The notes beneath the pieces were generated by a model that saw only the letters and a program-made list of their open reading frames with translations, did no database searches and was not told where the DNA came from. DNA of 56,357 nt, taken from positions 1-56,357 of the forward strand of contig CAWHCQ010000030.1 of the NCBI GenBank assembly GCA_963827755.1. The letters are read 5' to 3'. This DNA is from an uncultured Gammaproteobacteria bacterium (GTDB lineage Bacteria; Pseudomonadota; Gammaproteobacteria; UBA9214). Shown here piece by piece: positions 1-8,636 of the stretch (positions are counted from its first letter, which is position 1; each line of letters starts with the position of its first letter). The position numbers and the translations under genes were made by a program.

Positions 1-226
1 TCATAGCTCTACTCCGGTGTTTTTGCTTCGAGGATGTTGCCAGATACCCTACTTTATTACAGGGTACTTGTGTGTGTTCGGCCAAGTATACTCGAAATAC
101 GTAAAGATAAATCGGTATGAAACAGCTTTCCGCTTTATTTCCAGGGTAACTCATATCAGTCTTTTTACCGCCCCAATTGTAGAATAATCAGCTAAATTCA
201 GGCGACAACTATCCTGACAGAGAGGG

Positions 227-1032
227 AGACTGTGTAAAAACCAGAAATCCTGATCAGCGTTGCAAAGTAGAAGCCTCCACAGACTTCCTCCAGGCTGTTT
301 GATCGATTGTTTTCAGTACATGACTTACGGGGCCATTGAATTTTGTTTTTCAGTTGCGGTTATAAAAACTTCAGTGAGGTACTGAGCAAGCCTGTTTTAC
401 GCGTTAAATAAAGACCTCTATGCCTGCATCGTCTGGATTAGCGGCTTGATGCCCAGGATGCTCATGACACGCTTCAGATTGTAGGCAAGCACATGCAAAC
501 TCATCTCGGCACTCACTTGCTTTAGCATTCTGGTCAGGAATTGAGTTGAGCCCATCCACGCTTTCAGCGTTCCATACGGATGCTCCACGGTTTGTCGACG
601 GATCCGCATGATCTCCGGATTGCAATCCAGCCTATCCTGCATGGCCTCAAGTATCGCTTCATGCTCCCAACGCGTAACGCGCCTGAGCCATATCAGCTCC
701 ACGTTACGCTGGGCCTGTCTCTCAAGGCGGCGGCTGGACTGAATCCGGTTGAGGTAGCCGTAGATGTAGAGCTTCAGCAGCATCGATGGATGGCAGGCAG
801 GCCAGCCGGTTACCTTTGGCTCGACACGCCCGAAGCCCAGCTGACCGGGTTCGAGCTCATCAACGAATATGTCGATGACCCTGACAGGGTTGTCTTCAGC
901 TATATAACCATCAAGCAGTTCCGGAAATAATGTGCTCTGGTTGCGGTCTTCACCTTCAATGAAACGCTTCATGACTACCTCATGCCGTTGCCATGGCGTG
1001 TTTATATTGAAGATTGCGTTTTCACACAGTCT
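227..1032 (-). mobile_element. IS1182-family element, internally deleted (non-autonomous) derivative
   Basis: Terminal inverted repeats agactgtgtaaaaac (227-241) and gttttcacacagtct (1018-1032), 14/15 match, enclosing an IS1182-type transposase remnant. No obvious target duplication. Confidence 0.8.
418..972 (-). pseudogene. IS1182 transposase with in-frame internal deletion (184 aa)
   Basis: N-terminus MKRFIEGEDRNQSTLFPELLD...YGYLNRIQSSRRLER is joined directly to C-terminal RWEHE...RRQTVEHPYGTLK...LAYNLKR. The central part of the transposase is absent. ATG at 972 follows GAGG. Confidence 0.8.
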
Positions 1033-1140
1033 GGTCCAGAACTCGCCGGTCGGGTCGGCTGACTGATGAGCTGGTTTGAATAGGAAAAAGAGCATTGGAC
1101 CCGCTTTTCGCGGGCCGTGCGGGCACCCGATATCGACGAG

Positions 1141-2154
1141 CTACTCGTTTTCAACCGACACCATCTCGATACGCTTGATCTTTCGCCGGTTTAGAACGAT
1201 GCGCAGGCGTTTGTAGAGAACGCGATTATCGCATCCATAACGCAGAATCATGTTGATGTGATAGACGCGTTCGGCCTTCACTCTGTGGTAGTCATCCTCA
1301 TCCGGAACGAATAATTCCTTTCTCGGGTTTCCCATGTGACGTGTAAAATCGGAGATGTTGAAACGCATGATGTCGTTGATGCCATCAGTATCGATATCGC
1401 GATAGGCCGCAGAGATTGCCCGGGAGGACAGCTTGATCCGTTTGCGGTAGCGAAGAACACTCTCACTCACCCAGTCGCTTTCGATTTCCGTAATATGGTC
1501 CCTGGCCCTGATCTTCATGACGCGATCCGGAACCCTGGCCTCGTCGATGAAATCGAAACTCTCCCGGCAATGCCCGATCGGGTGACAGGGATCGCTGTAG
1601 ATGCGCGTCTTGTGATCGAACAATACGCTTGACACTATTCGCGAAAAGTACACTCGCAGTATCTCTTTGATCCGGTCCTTGAACATATAGCCAATTACCA
1701 GCGCTGGGAAGACCGGCAACGTCAGAGGGCCGTAAAGCGACTGCGAGAGGAAGAGGACAGCGGTCGCGAACAGCATTGAGATACCGGCGGCAATGCCAAA
1801 CAGTCCGTGCTCGATAACCTTGCCCTCCTGCCGGGTCCTGGTATCGAGGAACAGGACGTTATGCATGTATTTCTTGAACACGTTACGCCGAAAGATCAGT
1901 TGCTCGTTGTCGTTCTTGTCAGTGGGAATCGAGGGATATCGCCGACTTTCACGGTAGCTTACCTCGCGCGCAATGAGGTCCATAATCTTCCGCTGACTCG
2001 TGTGCAAATCCGCGGCATTGGCTTCCCGGAGGTGTCCCAGAAGATCGTAGAAATTCCGCTCAGCCAGCAAGCTGACGTACTCATCACCGAAGGTGTATAT
2101 GGCGCAGGCCCGGTGCGGAACGGCGGGCAGAAACCGGGTGCTCGCCAAACTCAT
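1141..2154 (-). CDS. Conserved hypothetical membrane protein, probably 5'-truncated
   Basis: 337-aa ORF with coding-like composition and two hydrophobic segments (GLFGIAAGISMLFATAVLF; LPVFPALVIGYMF). The N-terminus looks abrupt and upstream DNA has no long coherent ORF. Confidence 0.6.
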   Translation of the reverse strand: MSLASTRFLPAVPHRACAIYTFGDEYVSLLAERNFYDLLGHLREANAADLHTSQRKIMDLIAREVSYRESRRYPSIPTDKNDNEQLIFRRNVFKKYMHNVLFLDTRTRQEGKVIEHGLFGIAAGISMLFATAVLFLSQSLYGPLTLPVFPALVIGYMFKDRIKEILRVYFSRIVSSVLFDHKTRIYSDPCHPIGHCRESFDFIDEARVPDRVMKIRARDHITEIESDWVSESVLRYRKRIKLSSRAISAAYRDIDTDGINDIMRFNISDFTRHMGNPRKELFVPDEDDYHRVKAERVYHINMILRYGCDNRVLYKRLRIVLNRRKIKRIEMVSVENE

Positions 2155-3047
2155 GGTGCTCTTCAGTCATACGTTAATGTTCTATGGTCGTTTGCAAAGG
2201 TATCTTCCGGCTGCGAGGTGTGCCGCCAGGGTCCCATGTCGAATGGAGGAAATGGCGACACTTCAGTGCACCAGGTGCCGCTCTCGACAGGTCGGTTCGA
2301 TGGAAACATGCCTGTCAGAGCGGACCATTCACACTGACCTGCAGGATCGTGAGTTCATCCAACACCTGGAGCCAAAGTCCGCTCGATTGCAAGTCAAATG
2401 GAGATCACGTCCCATCATTGTTGGAATGTGATATAGCTGCTATGTCAAGTAAGCCTGGATCCGGTTTTACCAGCTTCTCGCCCAGCGTCATTGGCGATCA
2501 ATACTCCTCTTCTTGCAGCACAGATGGGATCTCATTCCTGGCCAGGTACATGCTACCCGATTGCAACAGTTGGACGACCGGTTCCCGATCCAAAACCCGT
2601 CCTGCACGGCTGAATCGGGCCGGTTCGAGAAATTGATATGCCTTAGGACTGCGCTGCCACCAAAACGACTATGGCTACTTCGCCACAAGAATCGATTGGC
2701 TTCAGAACCAGGGCAGTGGAATATCATGGTATCTGATGGAGATTATTTCCCCCAGAAAATGGAGATGGGACTACCCTTATATGCGCGGGGCTGGAATCCC
2801 CCAACTCCCTTCCTGTCAATGACCGTGGGCGAAGTAATACTGCCTGTCAAGCGCCTGAGAGGCTGCACCCAGGCATCATGCGCTTATAAAGATACGAGGT
2901 AGGATTACATCTTGACAGGAAAGCCAACTCTCTTGGCTAAAAACCCATGGAAATTACCGACTGAGTAGCCCATAGGTAGCCCCGCAGTTCAGCGAGATAA
3001 GTCTGACAACAAGATCCAGTTAATTATTATTTAACATCAGTAGGATA

Positions 3048-3094
3048 TGGTGGCTATGGGTGGACTTGAACCACCGACCCCAGCATTATGAGTG
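3048..3094 (-). repeat. att site: 47-bp exact copy of the tRNA-Met 3' portion
   Basis: tggtggctatgggtggacttgaaccaccgaccccagcattatgagtg is identical to 14979-15025. Confidence 0.95.
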
Positions 3095-3144
3095 GCATTG
3101 TTGGCTCGTATCTAATTGTTTTACTTGTGAATTAACAGGGGCGC

Positions 3145-3236
3145 CCGTTGCTCCAATTGCAGGACGATGCATAACCGTGCATAACTGAATCCCGAAAAAG
3201 TCCCGTAGTGTTCCTGGCCACCACGTTACGTCAATT
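3145..3236 (+). repeat. Island-end motif copy A
   Basis: 3148-3236 matches 4086-4174 at 84/89 nt, the first 61 nt identical. Contains tgcataac twice and tcccg twice at 11-bp period. Confidence 0.9.
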
Positions 3237-3254
3237 CACTAAATACCTGGAGGG

Positions 3255-3318
3255 CCGTTGCTTAAAATGCAGCACTGTTATGAACGGTACTGCACTCAGT
3301 CCCGTAAAACTCCCGCAG
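3255..3318 (+). repeat. Island-end motif copy B (diverged)
   Basis: Aligns without gaps to 3145-3208: ccgttgct...tgcag...aac.gt...act...tcccg.aaaa.tcccg.ag. Confidence 0.7.
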
Positions 3319-3364
3319 GTCGATACATATCAATTCGTCACACACAGGTTATTTTCCCGTGAGA

Positions 3365-3739
3365 CTAAACCAGATCATCCAGGTCTACGCCCAATACCCT
3401 GGCCAGGCCCTTTAATACATCAACCGTTCCCTGTCGCTTGCCGCCCTCAATCAGGGCTACTTGTCCTTGTGAAATCCCCGCTTGCTCAGCAAGCCCCGCC
3501 TGGGTCATACCTCGAAATTCCCGCCACACTTTGAGTGGATGCTCATCGCCCGCTACCAGGCGAGCAACAATCTCAGCAGGGATCGCTTCATCCTCACCGG
3601 ACTCGAGTTCTGCTATTGACTTGTCGTAGGCCACTACATCACCAAGATCCTCTGCCATCGCAAGCAGACGGTTGTATTCCTCAATGGGGATCACGGCAAA
3701 TTCTGCCTTGCCATCTTTCTGAATAATTTGTGCGCTCAT
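3365..3739 (-). CDS. Xre/HigA-like HTH antitoxin
   Basis: C-terminal HTH (LKVWREFRGMTQAGLAEQAGISQGQVALIEGG). ATGA overlap with the upstream RelE-type toxin. Confidence 0.85.
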   Translation of the reverse strand: MSAQIIQKDGKAEFAVIPIEEYNRLLAMAEDLGDVVAYDKSIAELESGEDEAIPAEIVARLVAGDEHPLKVWREFRGMTQAGLAEQAGISQGQVALIEGGKRQGTVDVLKGLARVLGVDLDDLV

Positions 3740-3990
3740 CGGTAAAAACCTCCGCGTGGGCCTGTGTCCAAAACAAGAATAACCAGCCTGTCGTCATCAA
3801 TTTTGTAGATCGCCCGCCATTCCCTGACGCGCATCCTGAAACCATCCCGGCCTTGCAGAGCCTTTATATCCAAGCCCTCCTCGTTGTCTTCGGCCAGCTG
3901 CTCGAAATTCTTGACGAATCTGCCTGACACATCAATTGGCATTTTTCTGAGCCCTTTCAATGCCTTCCTTGTATATTGAATCTCGCGCAC
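3736..3990 (-). CDS. RelE/ParE-family toxin (toxin-first, higBA-like order)
   Basis: 84 aa with IKALQGRDGFRMRVREWRAIY...GPRGGFY, typical of RelE/ParE. Confidence 0.85.
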   Translation of the reverse strand: MREIQYTRKALKGLRKMPIDVSGRFVKNFEQLAEDNEEGLDIKALQGRDGFRMRVREWRAIYKIDDDRLVILVLDTGPRGGFYR

Positions 3991-4085
3991 AATGCAATTA
4001 TTACATAATGTATTATTATATCAAGTATAATTATCACATTTGTGTATAGAGCAATAAAAAAGAACCGGGGAAATGTAACCGTTCA

Positions 4086-4174
4086 TTGCTCCAATTGCAG
4101 GACGATGCATAACCGTGCATAACTGAATCCCGAAAAAGTCCCGTAGCGTTCCTGAGCATCACGTTACATCAATT
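4086..4174 (+). repeat. Island-end motif copy C
   Basis: Direct repeat of 3148-3236. Confidence 0.9.
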
Positions 4175-4428
4175 ATCTTGATAAATCTGTGCTCGAACAT
4201 ATGTCAGTCGGTGCAGCAGAGGCAGCCGAATCTAATTTTATATATCTGAGATTTTGTTGCACAACTTGAGACGTAGATCCACAACCGGAAACGGTATCTT
4301 AAGAAAGACCCCAAAGTTCCTCTGCCAAATAGCAAACACTGTGTGCCTCAATCGTGTCCGGGTTCGGGTAACGGTCGTCACCGATGCCACTACCCACAGA
4401 GCCGCCACCCTCTCTTCTTTAAACAGTA

Positions 4429-4959
4429 TCAGGAAAACAGGCCCGCTATTGTCTTCATCGGAAGGAACATGCGCAGTTCCTGGTCTGGAAAGGCTATGAA
4501 ATCATAGTGCTCGTAAAAAGAGCGTGATTCATCATCTTTTGGGTCCACAATAACGGCGAAAGAGGCAATATCCCCGGTTGCTTGAAACGCTCGTCTGAGG
4601 GCGTCCATTAGCAGCAATTCCCCATACCCTCTCCCCTTATACCGCGTGTCAATGGCCAACCGACCGAGGAGCGTTGCAGGGACTACCGGATATTTAGGAA
4701 GCTTTTTTACTATCTCCTGCGGGAGATCGTCCAGAACGATCCCAAACCCGGATAGGGTGTAATAACCAATAACAGTGTTATTACCATCTTCATGGAGAAC
4801 AAAGGGTGCCGCAATCTGTTTCCTGGCCTCCTGGGAAGCCCTCTCTTTAAGGTATGCATTCAATTCCTTAAAACGACAAGAAAAAGCCGCTCGATCATGT
4901 TTCTTCGCGAGCGGCTCTATTTTCAGGTGGGAATGCGCTGATGATTTCTTCGCAGTCAC
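4429..4959 (-). CDS. GNAT-family toxin (TacT/AtaT/KacT-like tRNA acetyltransferase)
   Basis: HDRAAFSC...LNAYLK, VPATLLGRLAID..YKGRGYGELLL, SFYEHYDF motifs. Directly follows a DUF1778 gene. Confidence 0.9.
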   Translation of the reverse strand: MTAKKSSAHSHLKIEPLAKKHDRAAFSCRFKELNAYLKERASQEARKQIAAPFVLHEDGNNTVIGYYTLSGFGIVLDDLPQEIVKKLPKYPVVPATLLGRLAIDTRYKGRGYGELLLMDALRRAFQATGDIASFAVIVDPKDDESRSFYEHYDFIAFPDQELRMFLPMKTIAGLFS

Positions 4960-5271
4960 TTAGCCTTCCATCAAAGATTTGTACCTTGCTGCAGCCTGCT
5001 TCAAACGCTTGCCTGGAGCCGGAGGCTTCATAAGAGCATCAACAAATGCTTTTGTGTCGAGAGCCGTCAGGGACATCAGCTCATGTTCCCTGATAGCTTC
5101 CTGAGCCGCCTCCTGCGTACTGCGCACGACAAACTCAGTCAGCGAACGCCCCTGCAAATCTGCGGCTCGCTCAAAGAGCTGCTTTTGTTCAGGACTAACT
5201 CGTGCTTCCAGCCGCGCCACCTTCGCCCGGCGGACGGCGGCCTTGACGACCTTCTTTCTAGTAGCTGGCAT
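4960..5271 (-). CDS. DUF1778 ribbon-helix-helix antitoxin (TacA/AtaR-like)
   Basis: ARLEARVSPEQKQLFERAADLQGRSLTEFV...FVDALMKPPAP. ATG at 5271 after GAGGA. Confidence 0.9.
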   Translation of the reverse strand: MPATRKKVVKAAVRRAKVARLEARVSPEQKQLFERAADLQGRSLTEFVVRSTQEAAQEAIREHELMSLTALDTKAFVDALMKPPAPGKRLKQAAARYKSLMEG

Positions 5272-5303
5272 GGTTCCTCTCCAATAAATTAACACCTGTT
5301 TAT

Positions 5304-5332
5304 AATGTACGGCAATATGCCGTACATTTCAA
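5304..5332 (-). promoter_or_regulatory. TA promoter with autoregulatory operator palindrome
   Basis: Perfect 11-bp inverted repeat aatgtacggca-ata-tgccgtacatt (5304-5328) overlapping minus-strand TTGAAA-17nt-TACATT. Confidence 0.8.
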
Positions 5333-5343
5333 GGAGTATAGGA

Positions 5344-6144
5344 GGTACTGTCAAGTTAAGTCCAGATCCGGCAGACTCATTCCATGAATAATACGAAATC
5401 TCTGTACCATGGACATCGATTCCCGCAGGAAATCATCAGTCACGCCGTTTGGTTGTACCACCGCTTCTCTCTCAGTTACCGTGATGTCGAAGATCTTCTG
5501 GCGGAACGGGGTATCGAGGTTTCCTATGAATCGATTCGGCAATGGTGCAACCGCTTTGGTCCGAAATACGCCAGAAACCTGACGAAGCGGCGAGGCCGTT
5601 TGGGCGATACCTGGTACCTTGATGAAGTATTCGTGACAATCCGTGGTGAGCGCCACTATCTGTGGCGAGCTGTTGACCAGGACGGCGATACAATTGACAT
5701 TCTGGTCCAGAAACGGCGAAACAAGCGCGCTGCCAAATGCTTTTTCCGGAAGTTGCTGAAAGGCCAGTGTGCATCACCAAGGCAAATAGTAACAGACAAA
5801 CTCAAGAGCTACTCGGCGGCGCACCGAGAGGTTATGCCAACGGTCCCGCACTGCACCGATCAATACGCGAACAACCGGGCGGAATTATCGCATGAACCAA
5901 CGCGTCAGCGGGAACGTCAGATGCGTCGGTTCAAATCTGCGGGCCAGGCCCAGCGGTTTCTCTCGGTGCATAGTGCTGTCGGAAATTTGTTTCGGTTGGG
6001 GCGGCATCTGATGAAAGCGAGTCATTATCGTGGGTACCGCTCGAGAGCGTTTTCTGAATGGCAGCAGGTTACGTGTGCCTGATGGCATCGAATGAGAGTT
6101 TACTTGTGTTCAATTTTACCTGCATTCGTTAACTTGACAGTACC
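5344..6144 (+). mobile_element. IS6-family insertion sequence
   Basis: Perfect 16-bp inverted repeats ggtactgtcaagttaa / ttaacttgacagtacc, 801 bp long. Flanks gtatagga and atattttg show no target duplication. Confidence 0.95.
5384..6082 (+). CDS. IS6-family DDE transposase
   Basis: HRFPQEIISHAVWLYHRFSLSYRDVE, WYLDEVFV, YLWRAVDQDG, VTDKLKSY and NNRAE motifs. Confidence 0.95.
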   Translation: MNNTKSLYHGHRFPQEIISHAVWLYHRFSLSYRDVEDLLAERGIEVSYESIRQWCNRFGPKYARNLTKRRGRLGDTWYLDEVFVTIRGERHYLWRAVDQDGDTIDILVQKRRNKRAAKCFFRKLLKGQCASPRQIVTDKLKSYSAAHREVMPTVPHCTDQYANNRAELSHEPTRQRERQMRRFKSAGQAQRFLSVHSAVGNLFRLGRHLMKASHYRGYRSRAFSEWQQVTCA

Positions 6145-6188
6145 ATATTTTGAGTCTGTAACTATCAACCTTATAATAGGTGTAGCTT

Positions 6189-8351
6189 ATGAAAATAATA
6201 ATGCCATTCCTTTTAGTATGCATTCTTATTAGTGCATGTAGCGCACCTAATCTTCAAGAGTATAAAACAGATAGTATGTTTCAACCTTTTCAACCTCCTG
6301 TTGCATACAATGATGCCAAAGAACAAGCATTAAATATTCTAAGTCAGATGACCATTGATGAGAAGATTTCTTTGATAGGTGGTCATAACACCTTTTTCAC
6401 AAAAGGGTTTGAAAGGTTTAATGTGCCAGCCATGTATCTTTCAGATGCCACTCAGGGAGTAAATATACGCTCTCATCTCGATGATCAGCTTGAAAAATCG
6501 GTTGCTTTCCCAAGTCCAATAGCCTTAGCAAGTACCTGGAATAGGGAGTTGGCAGGCAATTATGCAAAATCTATTGGTGAGGAATGTAGAGCTGGTGAAA
6601 TTGCGGTGCTGTTGGGACCAGGAATGAACCTTTACCGTATATCTCAAAATGGCAGAAACTTTGAGTACTTTGGAGAAGATCCATACCTGGCTGCTCGAAT
6701 GATAGAAAATTATGTAGTAGGAATGCAAAGAACAGGCACGATGGCTACTTTAAAACACTTTGTGGCCAATAATACGGACTACAAGAGAAGAACATCGAAT
6801 TCAGTAGTAGATAAAAGGACATTACACGAAATTTATTTACCAGCGTTCGAAGCTGGTGTCGATGCAGGCGTTATGGCTGTTATGACGTCTTATAATTTAG
6901 TAAATGGAGAGTACGCCGGACAAAGTAAAGAGGTAATTACAGAACTTTTACGTGAGAATTTAGGTTTTAAATGGTTGGTAATGAGTGATTGGTGGTCGGT
7001 ATATGATGCCGAAAAAGTAATAAAATCGGGACTTGATCTTGATATGCCTGGGGAGCCAAGAGCGGGATATCCTGATTATATGAAGAAAGATGAATTCTTT
7101 TTACGTTATTCTGCAAAATCGCTTCTCGACGAAGGGAAAGTAAAAGAAGAAGATATTGACAGGATGGTTACCAATATTCTCACTACTGAAATTGCAATGG
7201 GGCTGCTTGAGCGCCCGATAAAAGATGCTTCTTATTTTGAGAACTTCGACCAACACGTAGAAGTAGCCTTGCAGACCGGAAGAGAAAGTATTGTCCTTCT
7301 TAAAAATGACAATATTTTACCCATTGATAAGGCAGGTGAAATCTCTATTTTACTCACTGGCGAATACGCAGACAAAATACCCCATGGAGGTGGTGCTGCT
7401 CAGGTTGTTGGATACGACCATGTAACAATGCTAACGGCGCTCAAAGAGATTTATGCTGACAAAGTGTCTTATATTGAAAAACCAACTGACGAAGACTTAA
7501 GAGCTGCCAGTCATGTTATTTATAGCACTGGAACATTTGATTCTGAAGGGTGGGATAAATCATTTGATTTATCAGAAAATATTGATAAAGAAATTAAACA
7601 TATAGCTTCATTAAATAAAAAAACTATCGTATCGGTCAGTTCAGGTAGTGGCGTGAACATGACAGCATGGAATGATGATATTGCTGGATTAATTTATAGC
7701 TGGTATCCAGGTCAAATTGGATTTAAAGGATTTGCTGAAATAGTAGCTGGTATTACTAACCCATCGGCCAAGTTACCAATTACCATCGAGAAAAGATTTG
7801 AAGATTCACCAGGATATGGTTACATACCAGAAGGTCAGGAATTATATTCCGGTTGGGATGAAGACCACAGAATTATAGATCCAATAACCGATGTGAAGTA
7901 TGACGAAGGTGTATTTGTTGGTTACCGTTGGTATGAAAATAAGGGTATTGAGCCGCTTTATGCTTTTGGTTATGGCTTGTCGTATACGAAATATGAATAC
8001 AGTAACTTGCTATTAGAAAAAGAATCGATAAGAGCGGGAGAAAAACTCAACTTGAAAATCGATATAGAAAACACTGGGGCAGTTAGCGGTAAAGAAGTTG
8101 TTCAGGTGTATGTGCGCGATATTGAATCATCGGTTGAGCGCCCTTTAAAAGAGCTAAAAGATTTTAAAAAGGTGAGTATAGCTGCTGGAGATAAACAGTC
8201 AGTTTATTTTACGTTAACCGACAGGGACTTTGCATTTTGGGATATAGAAACTGAAGGTTGGAAAGTAGAACCAGGTCAGTTTGAAATACTAGTAGGTGCC
8301 GCTTCAAATAATATTTTGGCAAGTGCTAGACTTGACATGACTAATGAATAA
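6189..8351 (+). CDS. Glycoside hydrolase family 3 beta-glucosidase, predicted lipoprotein
   Basis: GRNFEYFGEDPYL, TLKHFVAN, nucleophile motif VMSDW, YDEGVFVGYRWY, C-terminal Fn3-like domain and lipobox ISAC. AT-rich (about 38% GC in a spot count). Confidence 0.92.
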   Translation: MKIIMPFLLVCILISACSAPNLQEYKTDSMFQPFQPPVAYNDAKEQALNILSQMTIDEKISLIGGHNTFFTKGFERFNVPAMYLSDATQGVNIRSHLDDQLEKSVAFPSPIALASTWNRELAGNYAKSIGEECRAGEIAVLLGPGMNLYRISQNGRNFEYFGEDPYLAARMIENYVVGMQRTGTMATLKHFVANNTDYKRRTSNSVVDKRTLHEIYLPAFEAGVDAGVMAVMTSYNLVNGEYAGQSKEVITELLRENLGFKWLVMSDWWSVYDAEKVIKSGLDLDMPGEPRAGYPDYMKKDEFFLRYSAKSLLDEGKVKEEDIDRMVTNILTTEIAMGLLERPIKDASYFENFDQHVEVALQTGRESIVLLKNDNILPIDKAGEISILLTGEYADKIPHGGGAAQVVGYDHVTMLTALKEIYADKVSYIEKPTDEDLRAASHVIYSTGTFDSEGWDKSFDLSENIDKEIKHIASLNKKTIVSVSSGSGVNMTAWNDDIAGLIYSWYPGQIGFKGFAEIVAGITNPSAKLPITIEKRFEDSPGYGYIPEGQELYSGWDEDHRIIDPITDVKYDEGVFVGYRWYENKGIEPLYAFGYGLSYTKYEYSNLLLEKESIRAGEKLNLKIDIENTGAVSGKEVVQVYVRDIESSVERPLKELKDFKKVSIAAGDKQSVYFTLTDRDFAFWDIETEGWKVEPGQFEILVGAASNNILASARLDMTNE

Positions 8352-8385
8352 CATAAAAAAACGAATACATAACGGTGTATAAAAA

Positions 8386-8610
8386 CTATACTCCAGAATA
8401 ATCCGCATAAAATTGCCTCGTTACAGAAACATAATTTTGTCCAGGGAAATATGTGTCAAAATATTTATCTGATACACAAACACCATGGTCTTCTGGCATT
8501 ATTAACAAGACACGCTTGCTAGGTATTTCACTGTCAATTAGCACTCCGTCACAATCAAAAATCACTAAATCCAGTGTAGTTTAAGGAAATGAAGTGTTAA
8601 GTAGAGCCAT
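8386..8610 (-). pseudogene. HAD-family phosphatase remnant (not in the ORF track)
   Basis: Manual translation MALLNTSFP*TTLDLVIFDCDGVLIDSEIPSKRVLL...* gives HAD motif I (DxDGV), with an in-frame stop at codon 10 and truncation after about 74 codons. Confidence 0.8.
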
Positions 8611-8636
8611 TTACTGGTCACCGATTGTCATGTCAG

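Noticed and set aside
1-20. Possible minus-strand gene start at position 4 (GGAG...ATG)
   Set aside because: It runs off the window edge, so nothing can be supported.
2093-2902. Short ORFs at 2093, 2184, 2488 and 2513
   Set aside because: No recognisable motifs, atypical composition and mutual overlap; treated as non-coding or decayed.
3048-3094. Second tRNA-Met gene
   Set aside because: Only the 3' 47 nt are present; the D-arm and 5' acceptor strand are missing, so it is an att remnant.
3145-4174. CRISPR array
   Set aside because: Repeats are 64-89 bp, irregularly spaced, enclose whole genes, and no cas genes are present.
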